From: Centroscyllium fabricii
Lineage: Eukaryota
Assembly: GCA_051313645.2 (NCBI GenBank)
Contig: JBNRSN020000007.1
Span: 275,094,001 to 275,158,000, forward strand
DNA: 64,000 nucleotides
Reading direction: 5' to 3'
The notes under the pieces are model-generated. The model worked only from the letters and a program-made list of their open reading frames with translations, was not told the DNA's origin and ran no database searches. Position numbers and translations under genes: made by a program. Below are positions 50,507 through 61,235 of the stretch, one piece after another; the first letter of the stretch is position 1; every line of letters begins with the position of its first letter.

Positions 50507-50673
50507 TGTAAGATGTCACACAACACCAGGTTATAGTCCAACAGTTTTATTTGAAATCACAAGCTTTCGGAGCGCAACGCTCCGAAAGCTTGTGATTTCA
50601 AATAAAACTGTTGGACTATAACCTGGTGTTGTGTGACTTCTTACATTTGTCCACCCCAGCATCTCCACATCAT
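50507..50673. mobile_element. Palindromic mini-PLE, family A (short)
   Basis: Inverted arms centred near 50576; A-rich TSD AAAAAAAATATA. Confidence 0.8.
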
Positions 50674-51111
50674 AAAAAAAATATAAGCGCTGTGGTGACA
50701 CTTGTGTGTGTTGTGTAGTATCCGTATTTAAATTGCGCGATCGTTTTTATTTGGAAGTGGAAGTTTGTTTGTAGCTAGGCGTCCTTTCGTTTAAACGGGC
50801 ACATTTAGCGATAGTTTTATTACTGGTAAAAGTGTAAAACAGAAGGCATGGAATTGCCATTTAATTATGGTTCAGATTACAGGGAAACGCTGCACAATCG
50901 GCGCCCAAGCGACAGCTTTACAATTTAGCGTTGGACAACAAAACAGCCCGAGCTGGAATATCTGAGCCATTTGGATCAAACGTTCCCTGAGATCCTTTCC
51001 AAGGGCGCTTCCCAGGTGAGGGTGAGTGAGAGAGAGGGTACACACACACACTGGAAGAGTGTTTGGAAGCAGAATAAAAAACACCCGGCGATAAATGTGC
51101 CTCTTCCAAAA

Positions 51112-51277
51112 TGCAAGAAGTCACACAACACCAGGTTATAGTCCAACAGTTTTATTTGAAATCACAAGCTTTCAGAGCGAAAGCTTGTGATTTCAAATAA
51201 AACTGTTGGACTATAACCTGGTGTTGTGTGACTTCTTGTATTTGTCCACCCCAGTCCAACACCGGCACCTCCACATC
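51112..51277. mobile_element. Palindromic mini-PLE, family A (short)
   Basis: Inverted arms plus tail; TSD TCTTCCAAAATG. Confidence 0.85.
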
Positions 51278-52185
51278 GTGTCTTCCAAAATGATCCGATG
51301 ATCCCATTTTATAATGTACTTGTGACTGACAATTTCGGATGAAGTTTTATGTACATATATAGTCATATATTAATATATGTCTGGAGACGTTTCACTACAT
51401 TAAAGGCGCTAGATAAATGCAAATTGTTGTACACACATGTGCACAAATACACACACACACACACACATTATCTACATATATACTCCTGGAAATACACCTT
51501 TCATTTCCTGGCTTTAGTCTTGACAAAGGGTCCCGACCCGAAATGTCGACTCTGTATCTCTCTCGGATGTTGCCTGGCCTGCTGAGTTTTTCCAGCGTTT
51601 TCTGTTATATAAGATATGCAACTTGTTTTGCGACAATATAAGTAACCCGGCAGCAGTTTTCTGGGATTGTCCCTTTTTATTGTGCGGTTGTAGTTTTCGG
51701 GTAAAGCAGGTTATATTCGTTACATCACTCAGACACCCCCTTGTTGGTGGGCCGTTTGCAAAGAATCTGCACCCGTGTCATTCGAACTATCTGCAAATAT
51801 CTGAACATTTCGGGAAAACCCGATCGGCGTCTGATGAAGCGAATGAGTGGACTTTCGCCATTCGCCTCATTCTTGTGCGCGGTATTTCTGTCAGGAGTTG
51901 GGAAACGCGGAGTGTGGGCAGCGCGCAGCTGATTTACGAGCAGTATTTGGAGGTGAAGTGCTCATTATTGAACGAGGACACGAAGAAACAGGAGCATTTG
52001 ATCAGAAAACAAACGGTAATCAGTCGGCCCAGCAATCTCGAGGCCTCAGAAAATAAACTAGCTTCAATAAGTAAGGCAACCAGGCTGCCTGCCCCGAGAC
52101 AGCACGGAGGGTGTGAGTTGGGAGGTGATGTTGGGACGGTGCATGAACACTATTGGCGGAACAGTCGTGTCTAATCTAATTTATG

Positions 52186-52406
52186 ATGTGGAGGTGCCGG
52201 TGTTGGACTGGGGTGGACAAATGCAAGAAGTCACACAACACCAGGTTATAGTCCAACGGTTTTATTTTAAATCACAAGCTTTCGGAGCTTTGTGTGTTCT
52301 TTAAGCCAGATTCTCATTCACCTGACGAAGGGGCAAAAGCTCCGAAAGCTTGTGATTTAAAATAAAACCGTTGGACTATAATCTGGTGTTGTGTGACTTC
52401 TTGCAT
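52186..52406. mobile_element. Palindromic mini-PLE, family A
   Basis: Inverted arms plus tail; TSD TAATCTAATTTATG. Confidence 0.85.
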
Positions 52407-55400
52407 TAATCTAATTTATGGCTGCGTTTCACATAAAACAAAGGATCTGAAAAAATTGCAACGTCAATCTCTCCATTGGTTTCACAATTTTCAAATAGTA
52501 TTTTAAGAATAAACTGTCCACACGAGTGTCTTGTTCAGTAAAACTCTATCGCTTCAACAATATTTCCCCCTAATTTGCGGGGTTCTAATTTTTATTCGAT
52601 TGCAAAATCTTCGCCGAATAAAGATGAGTTACTATATAACGAGGCAAGGGCTGATGATTCTTTTTTTTATTTTAAATAAATATATTCCCCAGCGCTTTCT
52701 TTGTCCTGGTTACAGACTTTGCGGCGCCCCCAGGACCTGGTCTTGTCCCATTCTCCCCCACCTCCTTTGATTTGTTCAGATATTTGACTAATAAAAGCCA
52801 CAGACGTGTGGGAGCTGAGACATTTGAGAGCTTGACATAGCAACTCGCCACTGAAAGCACAGCTTACAGCCACCTTCTGAAAAGGGATGCGCCCGTCACT
52901 GGGATATGTATAAAATACCATTTCAAGGCTTTATCAGAGAATGCATTTATAATAGTCATTTAAAAGCTATTCTAATAAATATTACATCTAAATGTAAATG
53001 CATTGCATCACCCTGAACTACAGAAAATAACCTGTGCGCGCTGGCGACGAAAAACACTCAAAATTCATTTGAAAAGAAATCTGCAATCAATTCGAGTGAA
53101 ATATGCCGCATTTCTCCCGCTCTCGTTTAAACACTTTTCTGGATGTAACATGGATTTTTCACTAAAATAAAATATGCCTTTCTGGTAAAATTAGAATAAA
53201 AAAATATATAATTTAAAAAAAAACAACGCGGACTTTTAAACATTGTCTTGGGGGCAAAGCCGCAGATTCTCTCGTTTCCCAAGCGAGGTAAGGTAAAGGT
53301 CTGGGCTAAGAGGAGGAAGTTATTTTCCAGTTTTAGCCTTCTTGGGGCATTGGTGAAACGGATTTCCCATCACAGTTACAGAAACCTTCAACGTTAATAA
53401 GAGAGTTTCGTTCTGAAAAAATGCGGTGAAAAAGAGGAACGATTTGAGCAAAACTTTGTTATTAATTTGTAAATTCATACATTGCACACAGACGCGACAG
53501 ATGCATCGACATTGTCCGCATGTAACTGGAAAGATAGCCCGTTTGAATGAGCAATGCATCTGTTACATTTAGCAACGAGTGTTCCAGTACACTGACAATA
53601 CAGCGGTATGGACATATTGGGAGTCCGCTTTGACAAGGGTCGCCGTGAATAGTCCTGCCATCGCTACAGTGGCTGGCAGGGAAACACCTTTGTTGCCCGT
53701 TCATCAAGACGGCATCGTAAACTTACACAAATTTAACGAGATTCCCATCCAACAACCAATTCTGGTGATACCACTAGCATCGACAATTAAATATAATCTG
53801 TAGAGCTGGGGGGCAAACCCGGTACAAGGGTCACTCTTGGATTTCAGGGTTGTGTTGTCTTTTTAATTCAGCATGATCAACATATATTAATATTTATATA
53901 ATGAAATCTTTTTAAACCCCACTCGCATTTTGATTTCTATTAAAAAGTTACTTTCATGTTATTCAAGTAATAAAGTTTCCGATAGATTCGGGGCTCCAGT
54001 TGATTTATGAAACTAACGTGAAATTGACAAAACGAATATTCCCAAAAGTTACATTGTTGATCCAATATATTCCGCGGGCGTGCATTTCACTCGTAATAGA
54101 TTTCGTGCGCAAATTAATATTTTAATCCATAACAAAAAAGTACAATTATTAAAATACTTGTTGGCACTGTCTAGAAATGAACGCGGTTGTGTTGAAATAG
54201 ACCGAGGCAGCAATGTCACCTGTAACCAGTTTATATGGGAATTATGCCACATGTAGGCGAAGACAATTTCGAAAACTCAATTAAAATTGCATGTACATTT
54301 CTTCCATTGCACCTCTGGGTGATATATACAAATAACGATGCGACAATGGACTATTTAATATTTCATCTTTCTCGCTGTTGGGGAGAGTGCATATGCGTTG
54401 CACGGTCGCCTTTTAGAAATCAAAAAATAAGCAGCGATAGAAATGCATGCACCTCTGTTAAATAGTTACCCAAATCCTAATAATCAGCTAAACGACAGCA
54501 ACTCAGCACAAAGTAAACGATTACCGAGTGGTCCCCACCCTCCAGTCCAAAGGCTGGGTGTGCTTGTGCTGAAACTGAAGACAAAGGGACTTTTACTTAA
54601 TAACTGTTTGTATTTAACGCCGAGAAACCCAAGTGGCGTTTTACTCTCAATAATGAACAGAGTTTGCAGCCAGTAATTCAGGTGCCTGGTCTTGGACGGA
54701 GAACTACTTGACACTCTCAGGGAACGACTGGACATCTCACACGACCAGCGTCACCACTAACTTGCAAAGCGATGGTCTGGATTTGTTTTTATTTAAGGAA
54801 TGTGATCAAATAATCACCCCGAAAATATTTTATTAAAACGTGACACAAAATTCCACCGGGACTGCACCCAATTCAACGTTCTTCAAAATGACTGAATCAC
54901 CATAAATTGTTTTTTGAATTCGAGCACATTCGTTGAATGCAATAAATTCAGGAGGCAGATAATGTTGCCAATATCCCCACAGGAATAGGGTACCAACAAC
55001 ATTATGACGTTCCAAAAATTGTTGTGCCAATGGTACATTATTAAATGCTGAGGGATACGATAGTCTTAAAGCCCATAGTTCTTATTTGCTAACTCCCCCT
55101 CCCCTTCCTCCCCCCATCGTCTTGTCGCCAAATATCGTAGATAATCAATGTTCAGTGTCAGTCGGAAATGCGAGTTTCATTCGGGATCAGTTCACCTTAA
55201 CACAGCGGGGGCCCGGCAGGCTTCTGAGGCTGCAGCTCGATTTCCACGTTGGCATCGATGTGGAGTGTTATTTTTGGGTGCGCTTAAACGATGACAACGG
55301 CAGCATAACTTGGGAGTTAAGCTGCAAACCTGACTCCAGAGTCCACTTAAAGCATGCATGCACATTTCTTGGTTGCCATGGAGTTCAGTGCCAGGCGAAG

Positions 55401-55598
55401 CCCCCGGTATAACTCAGGTCTGCCGGCTTGTGCGTCATGCCACCGGAAAGTGTGGTAACACTTGAACCTTTGGGTGCACTGACCACACAGCATGCGGTGA
55501 AAAGCGAGCCAATCCTATCTCAAGATTGCTGCAGTTTATGGAGAGCGAGGTGACACCGGGCCTTCTAAGCCACAGTTCCTCACGGTGAATCCAGTTTT

Positions 55599-55917
55599 AA
55601 TCATAGAATCATAGAATCCCTACAGTGCAGATAGAGGCCATATCGGCCCATCGAGCCTGCACCGACACATATCCCACCCTATCCCCGTAACCCCCACATA
55701 TTTAATGCCCCTAACACTAAGGGTCAATTTATCCTGGCCAATCAACCTAACCCGCACATCTTTGGACTGTGGGAGGAAACCGGAGCACCCGGAGGAAATC
55801 CACGCAGACACGGGGAGAATGTGCAAACTCCACACAGATAGTCACCCGAGGCCGGATTTGAACCCGGGTCTCTAGCGCTGTGAGGCAACAGTGCTAACCA
55901 CTATGCCACCGTGCCGC
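55599..55917 (-). mobile_element. V-SINE, full length, short tail
   Basis: Matches 6233-6541. Confidence 0.9.
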
Positions 55918-55929
55918 CCCTCCGGCTAG

Positions 55930-56118
55930 AACAACAGCAAATGATGGAAAAACTCAGCAGGCCAGGTAACATCCGTGGAGAGAAATAGAGAGTCGACGTT
56001 TCGGGTTCAAACCCTTTGTCAAGACTTTCTCTCCACGGATGTTGCCGGGCCTGCTGAGTTTTTCCAACATTTTCTGTTGTTATTTCGGATTTCCAGCATC
56101 TGCAGTATTTTGCTATCG
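55930..56118. mobile_element. Palindromic mini-PLE, family B
   Basis: Same arms and tail as 16760 and 41418; a single-arm copy also lies at ~51518-51607. Confidence 0.7.
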
Positions 56119-56162
56119 TACACGTTTTTAATCCGGCTATGTTCTGTTGGCATGATGTTAGA

Positions 56163-57550
56163 ATGCGGAGGTGCCGGTGTTGGACTGGGGTGGACAAATG
56201 CAAAAAGTCACACAACACCAGGTTTAAAGTCCAACGTTTTATTTTAAATCACAAGCTTTCGGAGCGTCTGCCCCTTCGTCAGGCAAAGAGAAACTGAAGT
56301 CAAAGATCACACACATGGGGGAGGGGAGAAATTTGATCCCATACATCCAACCCTAGAGCACACAGGATCTGCTCAGATGAGGAGGAACGCGACAGACACC
56401 TACAGACACTGAAAGACGCCCTCGTAAGAACGGGGTATGACACTCGACTCATCGATCGACAGTTCCGACGGGCCACAACGAAAAATCGCGTAGATCTCCT
56501 CAGAAGACAAACACGGGACACAACCAACAGAGTACCCTTTGTCGTCCAGTACTTCCCCGGAGCGGAGAAACTACGCCATGTTCTTCGCAGCCTTCAGCAT
56601 GTCATTGATGATGACGAACACCTCGCTAAGGCCATCCCCGCGCCTCCACTACTCGCCTTCAAACAGCCACCTAACCTCAAACAGACTATAGTTCGCAGCA
56701 AATTACCCAGCCTTCAGGAGAACAGCAACCACGACACCACACAACCCTGCCACAGCAACCTCTGCAAAACGTGCCGAATCATCAGCACAGATACAATCAT
56801 CACACGTGAGGACACAACACACCAGGTACATGGCACATACTCATGTAACTCGACCAATGTTGTCTACCTCATACGTTGCAGGAAAGGATGCTCCGGCGCA
56901 TGGTACATCGGCGAGACCATGCAGACACTACGACAACGGATGAACGGGCACCGCGCAACAATCGCCAGGCAGGAATGTTCCCTCCCAGTCGGGGAACATT
57001 TCAGCGGTCAAGGACATTCAGCTTCCGATCTTCGGGTGAGCATTCTCCAGGGTGGCCTTCAAGATACACGACAACGCAAAATCATCGAGCAGAGGCTGAT
57101 TGCCAAGTTCCGCACCCATGAGCACGGCCTCAACCGTGATATTGGGTTTATGTCACGCTACATGTGACCCCGCCTGGCGTGGAGTCGTCCAGACCTGAAC
57201 CATCTTCGGCTTTTTTATAAAAAAAGTAATTCTGTGGGATTTACAGCAGACTAGCGTTAGGCCCTGTGACTGCACCCTTTTGATGTGTCTTTTTTGCTTT
57301 AAAAAAGGGAAAAGAAATCACACTGTGTTTTGCAATTGTGCCCCATTGTTCGCAGACTGAGGTGTTAAGGTATGCTAATATGCTTGTGTGCTCTAGGGTT
57401 GGATGTATGGGATCAAATTTCTCCCCTCCCCCATGTGTGTGATCTTTGACTTCAGTTTCTCTTTGCCTGACGAAGGGGCAGACGCTCCGAAAGCTTGTGA
57501 TTTAAAATAAAACGTTGGACTTTAAACCTGGTGTTGTGTGACTTTTTGCA
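56163..57550 (+). mobile_element. Penelope-like element (Neptune-type), 5'-truncated, with inverted pLTR copy
   Basis: Encodes RT C-terminus plus GIY-YIG; 56200-56363 is the reverse complement of 57386-57550; TSD GCATGATGTTAGAA. Confidence 0.93.
56364..57167 (+). CDS. PLE ORF fragment: RT thumb, Cys-rich linker, GIY-YIG endonuclease
   Basis: Uninterrupted frame RICSDEEERDRHL...PCHSNLCKTC...CNSTNVVYLIRC...WYIGET...RMNGH...VGEHF...GLN; no start codon (truncated). Confidence 0.9.
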   Translation, partial: RICSDEEERDRHLQTLKDALVRTGYDTRLIDRQFRRATTKNRVDLLRRQTRDTTNRVPFVVQYFPGAEKLRHVLRSLQHVIDDDEHLAKAIPAPPLLAFKQPPNLKQTIVRSKLPSLQENSNHDTTQPCHSNLCKTCRIISTDTIITREDTTHQVHGTYSCNSTNVVYLIRCRKGCSGAWYIGETMQTLRQRMNGHRATIARQECSLPVGEHFSGQGHSASDLRVSILQGGLQDTRQRKIIEQRLIAKFRTHEHGLNRDIGFMSRYM

Positions 57551-57663
57551 TGATGTTAGAAGACTGACTGCGAAAATAAAACATACTGTTGAAACCCAAA
57601 CTGTCCAAGATCATGTGAAGGGATCAGCAGGGTTTCATTTATCCCAGTCCAACTGGAAATTAG

Positions 57664-58025
57664 ACAGAGTCACAGCTAGAGCACAGAAAGAGGCCCTTCG
57701 GCCCATCGTGTCCGTGCCGGCCATCAAGCCCCGTCTATTCCAATCCCATTTCCCAGCATTTGGTCCGTAGCCTTGTATGCTATGGCATTTCAAGTGCTCA
57801 TCTAAATGCTTCTTGAATGTTGAGGGTTCCTGCCTCTACCACCCTTTCAGGCAGTGAGTTCCAGACTCCAACCACCCTCTGGGTGAAAAAGGTCCTCCTC
57901 AAATCCCCTCTGAACCTCCTGCCCCTCACCTTGAAACTATGCCCCCTGGTTATTGACCCCTCTACTAAGGGAAAACGTTCCTTTCTATCTACCCTATCTA
58001 TGCCCCTCATAATTTTCTACACCTC
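57664..58025 (-). mobile_element. CR1 3' fragment
   Basis: MRGIDRVDRKERFPL...TRGHSFK...FFTQRVVGVWNSLP. Confidence 0.88.
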
Positions 58026-58801
58026 ATCGTTGATCTGACTCTGTTTTTTGCACATTAACTTTAATGTCCCAGCACTCCACTACAATGCTAAACCTGCTGT
58101 GTAAACCCACCAGCAATTCTTTCACAATCCCTTTAGCTAAATAGAACAAAAGGTTCTATGTCACATCAATTAATTTAGAGAAGTCTTTATCTTATTGTTC
58201 TGTTGCCAAACAGTATTATATTAGCTGGTTCAAAAATAAAAGAGATTTCTAAAAACTCCGAGTTGTAAGGAGAAATCTACAATGTCTGATTCTGATTAGA
58301 GACTGATTTTGAGCTTCTTTATGCGAGGCTGTTGGCTGCTAATAGAATGCCACACATTAATAAAATATTAGCAACACCCCAACATTCAAGATACTATCGT
58401 TATCCACATGATTCACTTAGATACTAATTTGACTTCAAGCAGAGCATTTGGGCCACTTTAGATTTAATTTCCCACACAGTTAAAATTGTTTTCAATGCGA
58501 TTGTAAACTGATAGACTACCACATTCGCATCGATATACAATCGTTTTGGTTGGGCATCAGTACTAAAGTGGTACTATAAATTGGGTGTCCAATTAATCCC
58601 AAAGGATTAGGTAATAATTTGGCTGCAGAAAAAATATGACCTAAATTGGTTTATGTTCATTGGAGTGTTGCAAAGGCAAGTGGTGCTGAACCCATGACAA
58701 GAGGCTATCTTGCAGCAGTTGGAGTTTGCATCAGTTGCATTATGACTCTAGTGTGCTAACAAGCCGCAATTTAAAAGTGCCAGGGACTCCCTGCAAACTT
58801 G

Positions 58802-59238
58802 TGGCATGGTGGCATAGTGGTTAGCACTGTTGCCTCACAGCTCTGGAGACCCGGGTTCAAATCCAGCCTCGGGTACTATCTGTGTGGAGTTTGCACATTC
58901 TTCCCATGTCTGCATGGGTTTCCTCCGGGTGCTCCGGTTTCCTCCCACAGTCCAAAGATGTGCGGGTTAGGTTGATTGGCCAGGATAAATTGACCCTTAG
59001 TGTTAGGGGGATTGAATGTGTGGGGTTACGGGGATAGGGGATAGGGTGGGATATGTGTCAGTGCAGGTTCGATAGGGATTGAGGGATATGGGGACAAGGC
59101 AGGGATAGGGTACTGGGTTTGGATGATCAGCCATGATCTCATTGAATGGCGGAGCAGGCTCGTAGGGCCGAATGGCCTACTCCTGCTCCTAGTTTCTATG
59201 TTTCTATGTTTCTATGTTTCCTGCTCCTATCTTCTATG
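58802..59238 (+). mobile_element. V-SINE, full length, long tail
   Basis: TGGCATAGTGG A-box, GGTTCAAATCC B-box, V-domain, CR1 tail. Confidence 0.9.
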
Positions 59239-59656
59239 TAACTTCATATGAATTAAGAAAGTGGCAGCATCATCTACCCTGCCCTAATGTAACATTAGAA
59301 CCCGACGGCTTGGGATAGCAGTGTAGAAGCGTGCATGTACAGAGGATCACTGTTGCTGCACCTTGCTGGTTGTCAGAGAGTATAACATGGCTCTGATGGC
59401 TGCACTGTGAAGCAAACAAGCCGCAGATCATCAGTTGCGTTTTTAGAAAAATTGACGATGAGGCAAATTTCAGTTTTCGGAACTGTTCTGCACTATTTTG
59501 CTTTACTGTCCCAAGTAGATAGGAGGCCATTTAGGAGTGAACTCAGGAAGCACTTTTTCACACAAAGGGTACTAGACATAAGAAGAACATAAACATAAGA
59601 AGTAGGAGCAGGAGTCGGCCATACGGCCCCTCGGGCCTGCTCCGCCATTCAAAACT

Positions 59657-60052
59657 GGGCGGCACGGTGGCGCAGTGGATAGCACTGTTGTCTCACAGCA
59701 CTGGAGACCCGGGTTCAAATCCGGCCTCGGGTGACTATCTGTGTGGAGTTTGCACATTCTCCCCGTGTCTGCGTGGGTTTCCTCCGGGTGCTCCGGTTTC
59801 CTCCCACAGTCCAAAGATGTGCGGGTTAGGTTGATTGGCCATGATAAATTGACCCTTAGTGTTAGGGGTTTTGAATATGTGGGGTTACGGGGATAGGGTG
59901 GGATATGTGTCGATGGAGGCTCGATAGGGATCGAGGGATATGGGGAGAGGGCAGGGGCGGGATACTGGGTTTGGATGATCAGCCATGATCTTGTTGAATG
60001 GCGGAGCAGGCTCGAAGGGCCGAATGGCCTACTCCTGCTCCTAGTTTCTATG
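59657..60052 (+). mobile_element. V-SINE, full length, long tail, inserted in a minus-strand CR1 3' end
   Basis: Host CR1 parts at 59583-59652 and 60058-60308. Confidence 0.88.
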
Positions 60053-60308
60053 TCTAATAGGATCATGGCTGATCCGAACTTCGGCTCTCATCCACTTCCC
60101 TGCCCACTCCCCGTAACCCCTTATTCCCCTATCAGTTAGGAAACTGTCTATCTCCGTTTTAAATTTATTTAATGTTGCAGCTTCCATAGCTCTCTGAGGT
60201 AGTAAATTCCATAGATTTACTACCCTCTGAGTGAAGAGAAGAAGTTTCTCCTCATCTCAGTTTTGAAAGGGCAGCCCCTTATTCTAAGATTATGGCCCCT
60301 AGTTCTAG

Positions 60309-60855
60309 TCATAGAGTCATAGAGTTTTACAGCACAGAAAGAAGCCCTTCGGCCCATCGTGTCCGTGCCGGCCATCAAGCCCTGTCTATTCTAATCCCAT
60401 TTTCCTGCATTTGGTCCGTAGCCTTGTATGCTATGGCATTTCAAGTGCTCATCTTCGTGCTTCTTGAATGTTGTGAGGGTTCCTGCCTCTACCACCCTTT
60501 CAGGCAGTGAGTCCCAGATTCCAACCACCCTCTGCGTGAAAAAGCTCCTCCTCAAATCCCCTCTAAACCTCCTGCCCCTTACCTTGAAACTATGCCCCCT
60601 TGTTATTGACCACTCTACTAAAGGGAAAAATTCCTTTCTATCTATCCTATCTATGCCCCATATAATTTTGTACACCTCAATCAGGCCCCCCCCTCAGCCT
60701 TCTCTGCTCCAAGGAAAACAACCCCAGCCTGTCCAGTCTTTCTTCATAGCTGAAGCGTTCCAGCCCAGGTAACATCCTTGTGAATCTCCTCTGCACCCTC
60801 TCCAAAGCAACCACATCCTTCCTGTAGTGTGGCGACCAGAACTGCACACAGTACT
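60309..60855 (-). mobile_element. CR1 3' fragment
   Basis: YKIIWGIDRIDRKEFFPL...WDSLP; (ACTCTATG)n tail. Confidence 0.88.
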
Positions 60856-60984
60856 ACAGCTCTAGACTCATCCATCAGTATATGGAATTATCTTCCCCTA
60901 AAAGGTTTTGGATGCTGGGGGTCAATTGAAGTTTGCAAGACTGAGATCAACAGATTTTTGTTAGGTAATGGTATCAAGGGATAT

Positions 60985-61235
60985 CTTCTTCATCTGGGGC
61001 AGTCCCTCGGAACCGAGGATGACTTGCTTCCACATTAAAATTGAGTTCTCAGGTGACTGATGAGTCCAATGCGGGACCTACAGTCTCTGTCACAGGTGGG
61101 GCAGATGGTGGTTGAAGGGGCGGGTGGGTGGGGTGTTTGGGTTGACGTGCGCTCCTTGCGCTGTTTCTGCTTGGCTTCCTCTTGCTCCCGACGAAGAGAC
61201 ATGAGGTTCTCAGCGCCTTCCCGGATGCTTCTCCG
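60985..61235 (-). mobile_element. RTE-clade LINE 3' end inserted in a CR1 tail
   Basis: C-terminus TICPTCDRDCRSRIGLISHLRT is typical of RTE. Confidence 0.75.

Noticed and set aside
51623-52174. 183-aa ORF in the CpG-rich region
   Set aside because: Non-ATG start, no recognisable homology and no exon-like boundaries.
58802-58875. tRNA-like sequences
   Set aside because: They are SINE heads continuous with the V-domain, not tRNA genes.
61036-61085. Hammerhead-like CTGATGA-GTCC...GGAC
   Set aside because: The required GAAA does not follow; it is the antisense of RTE coding sequence (RIGLISH).
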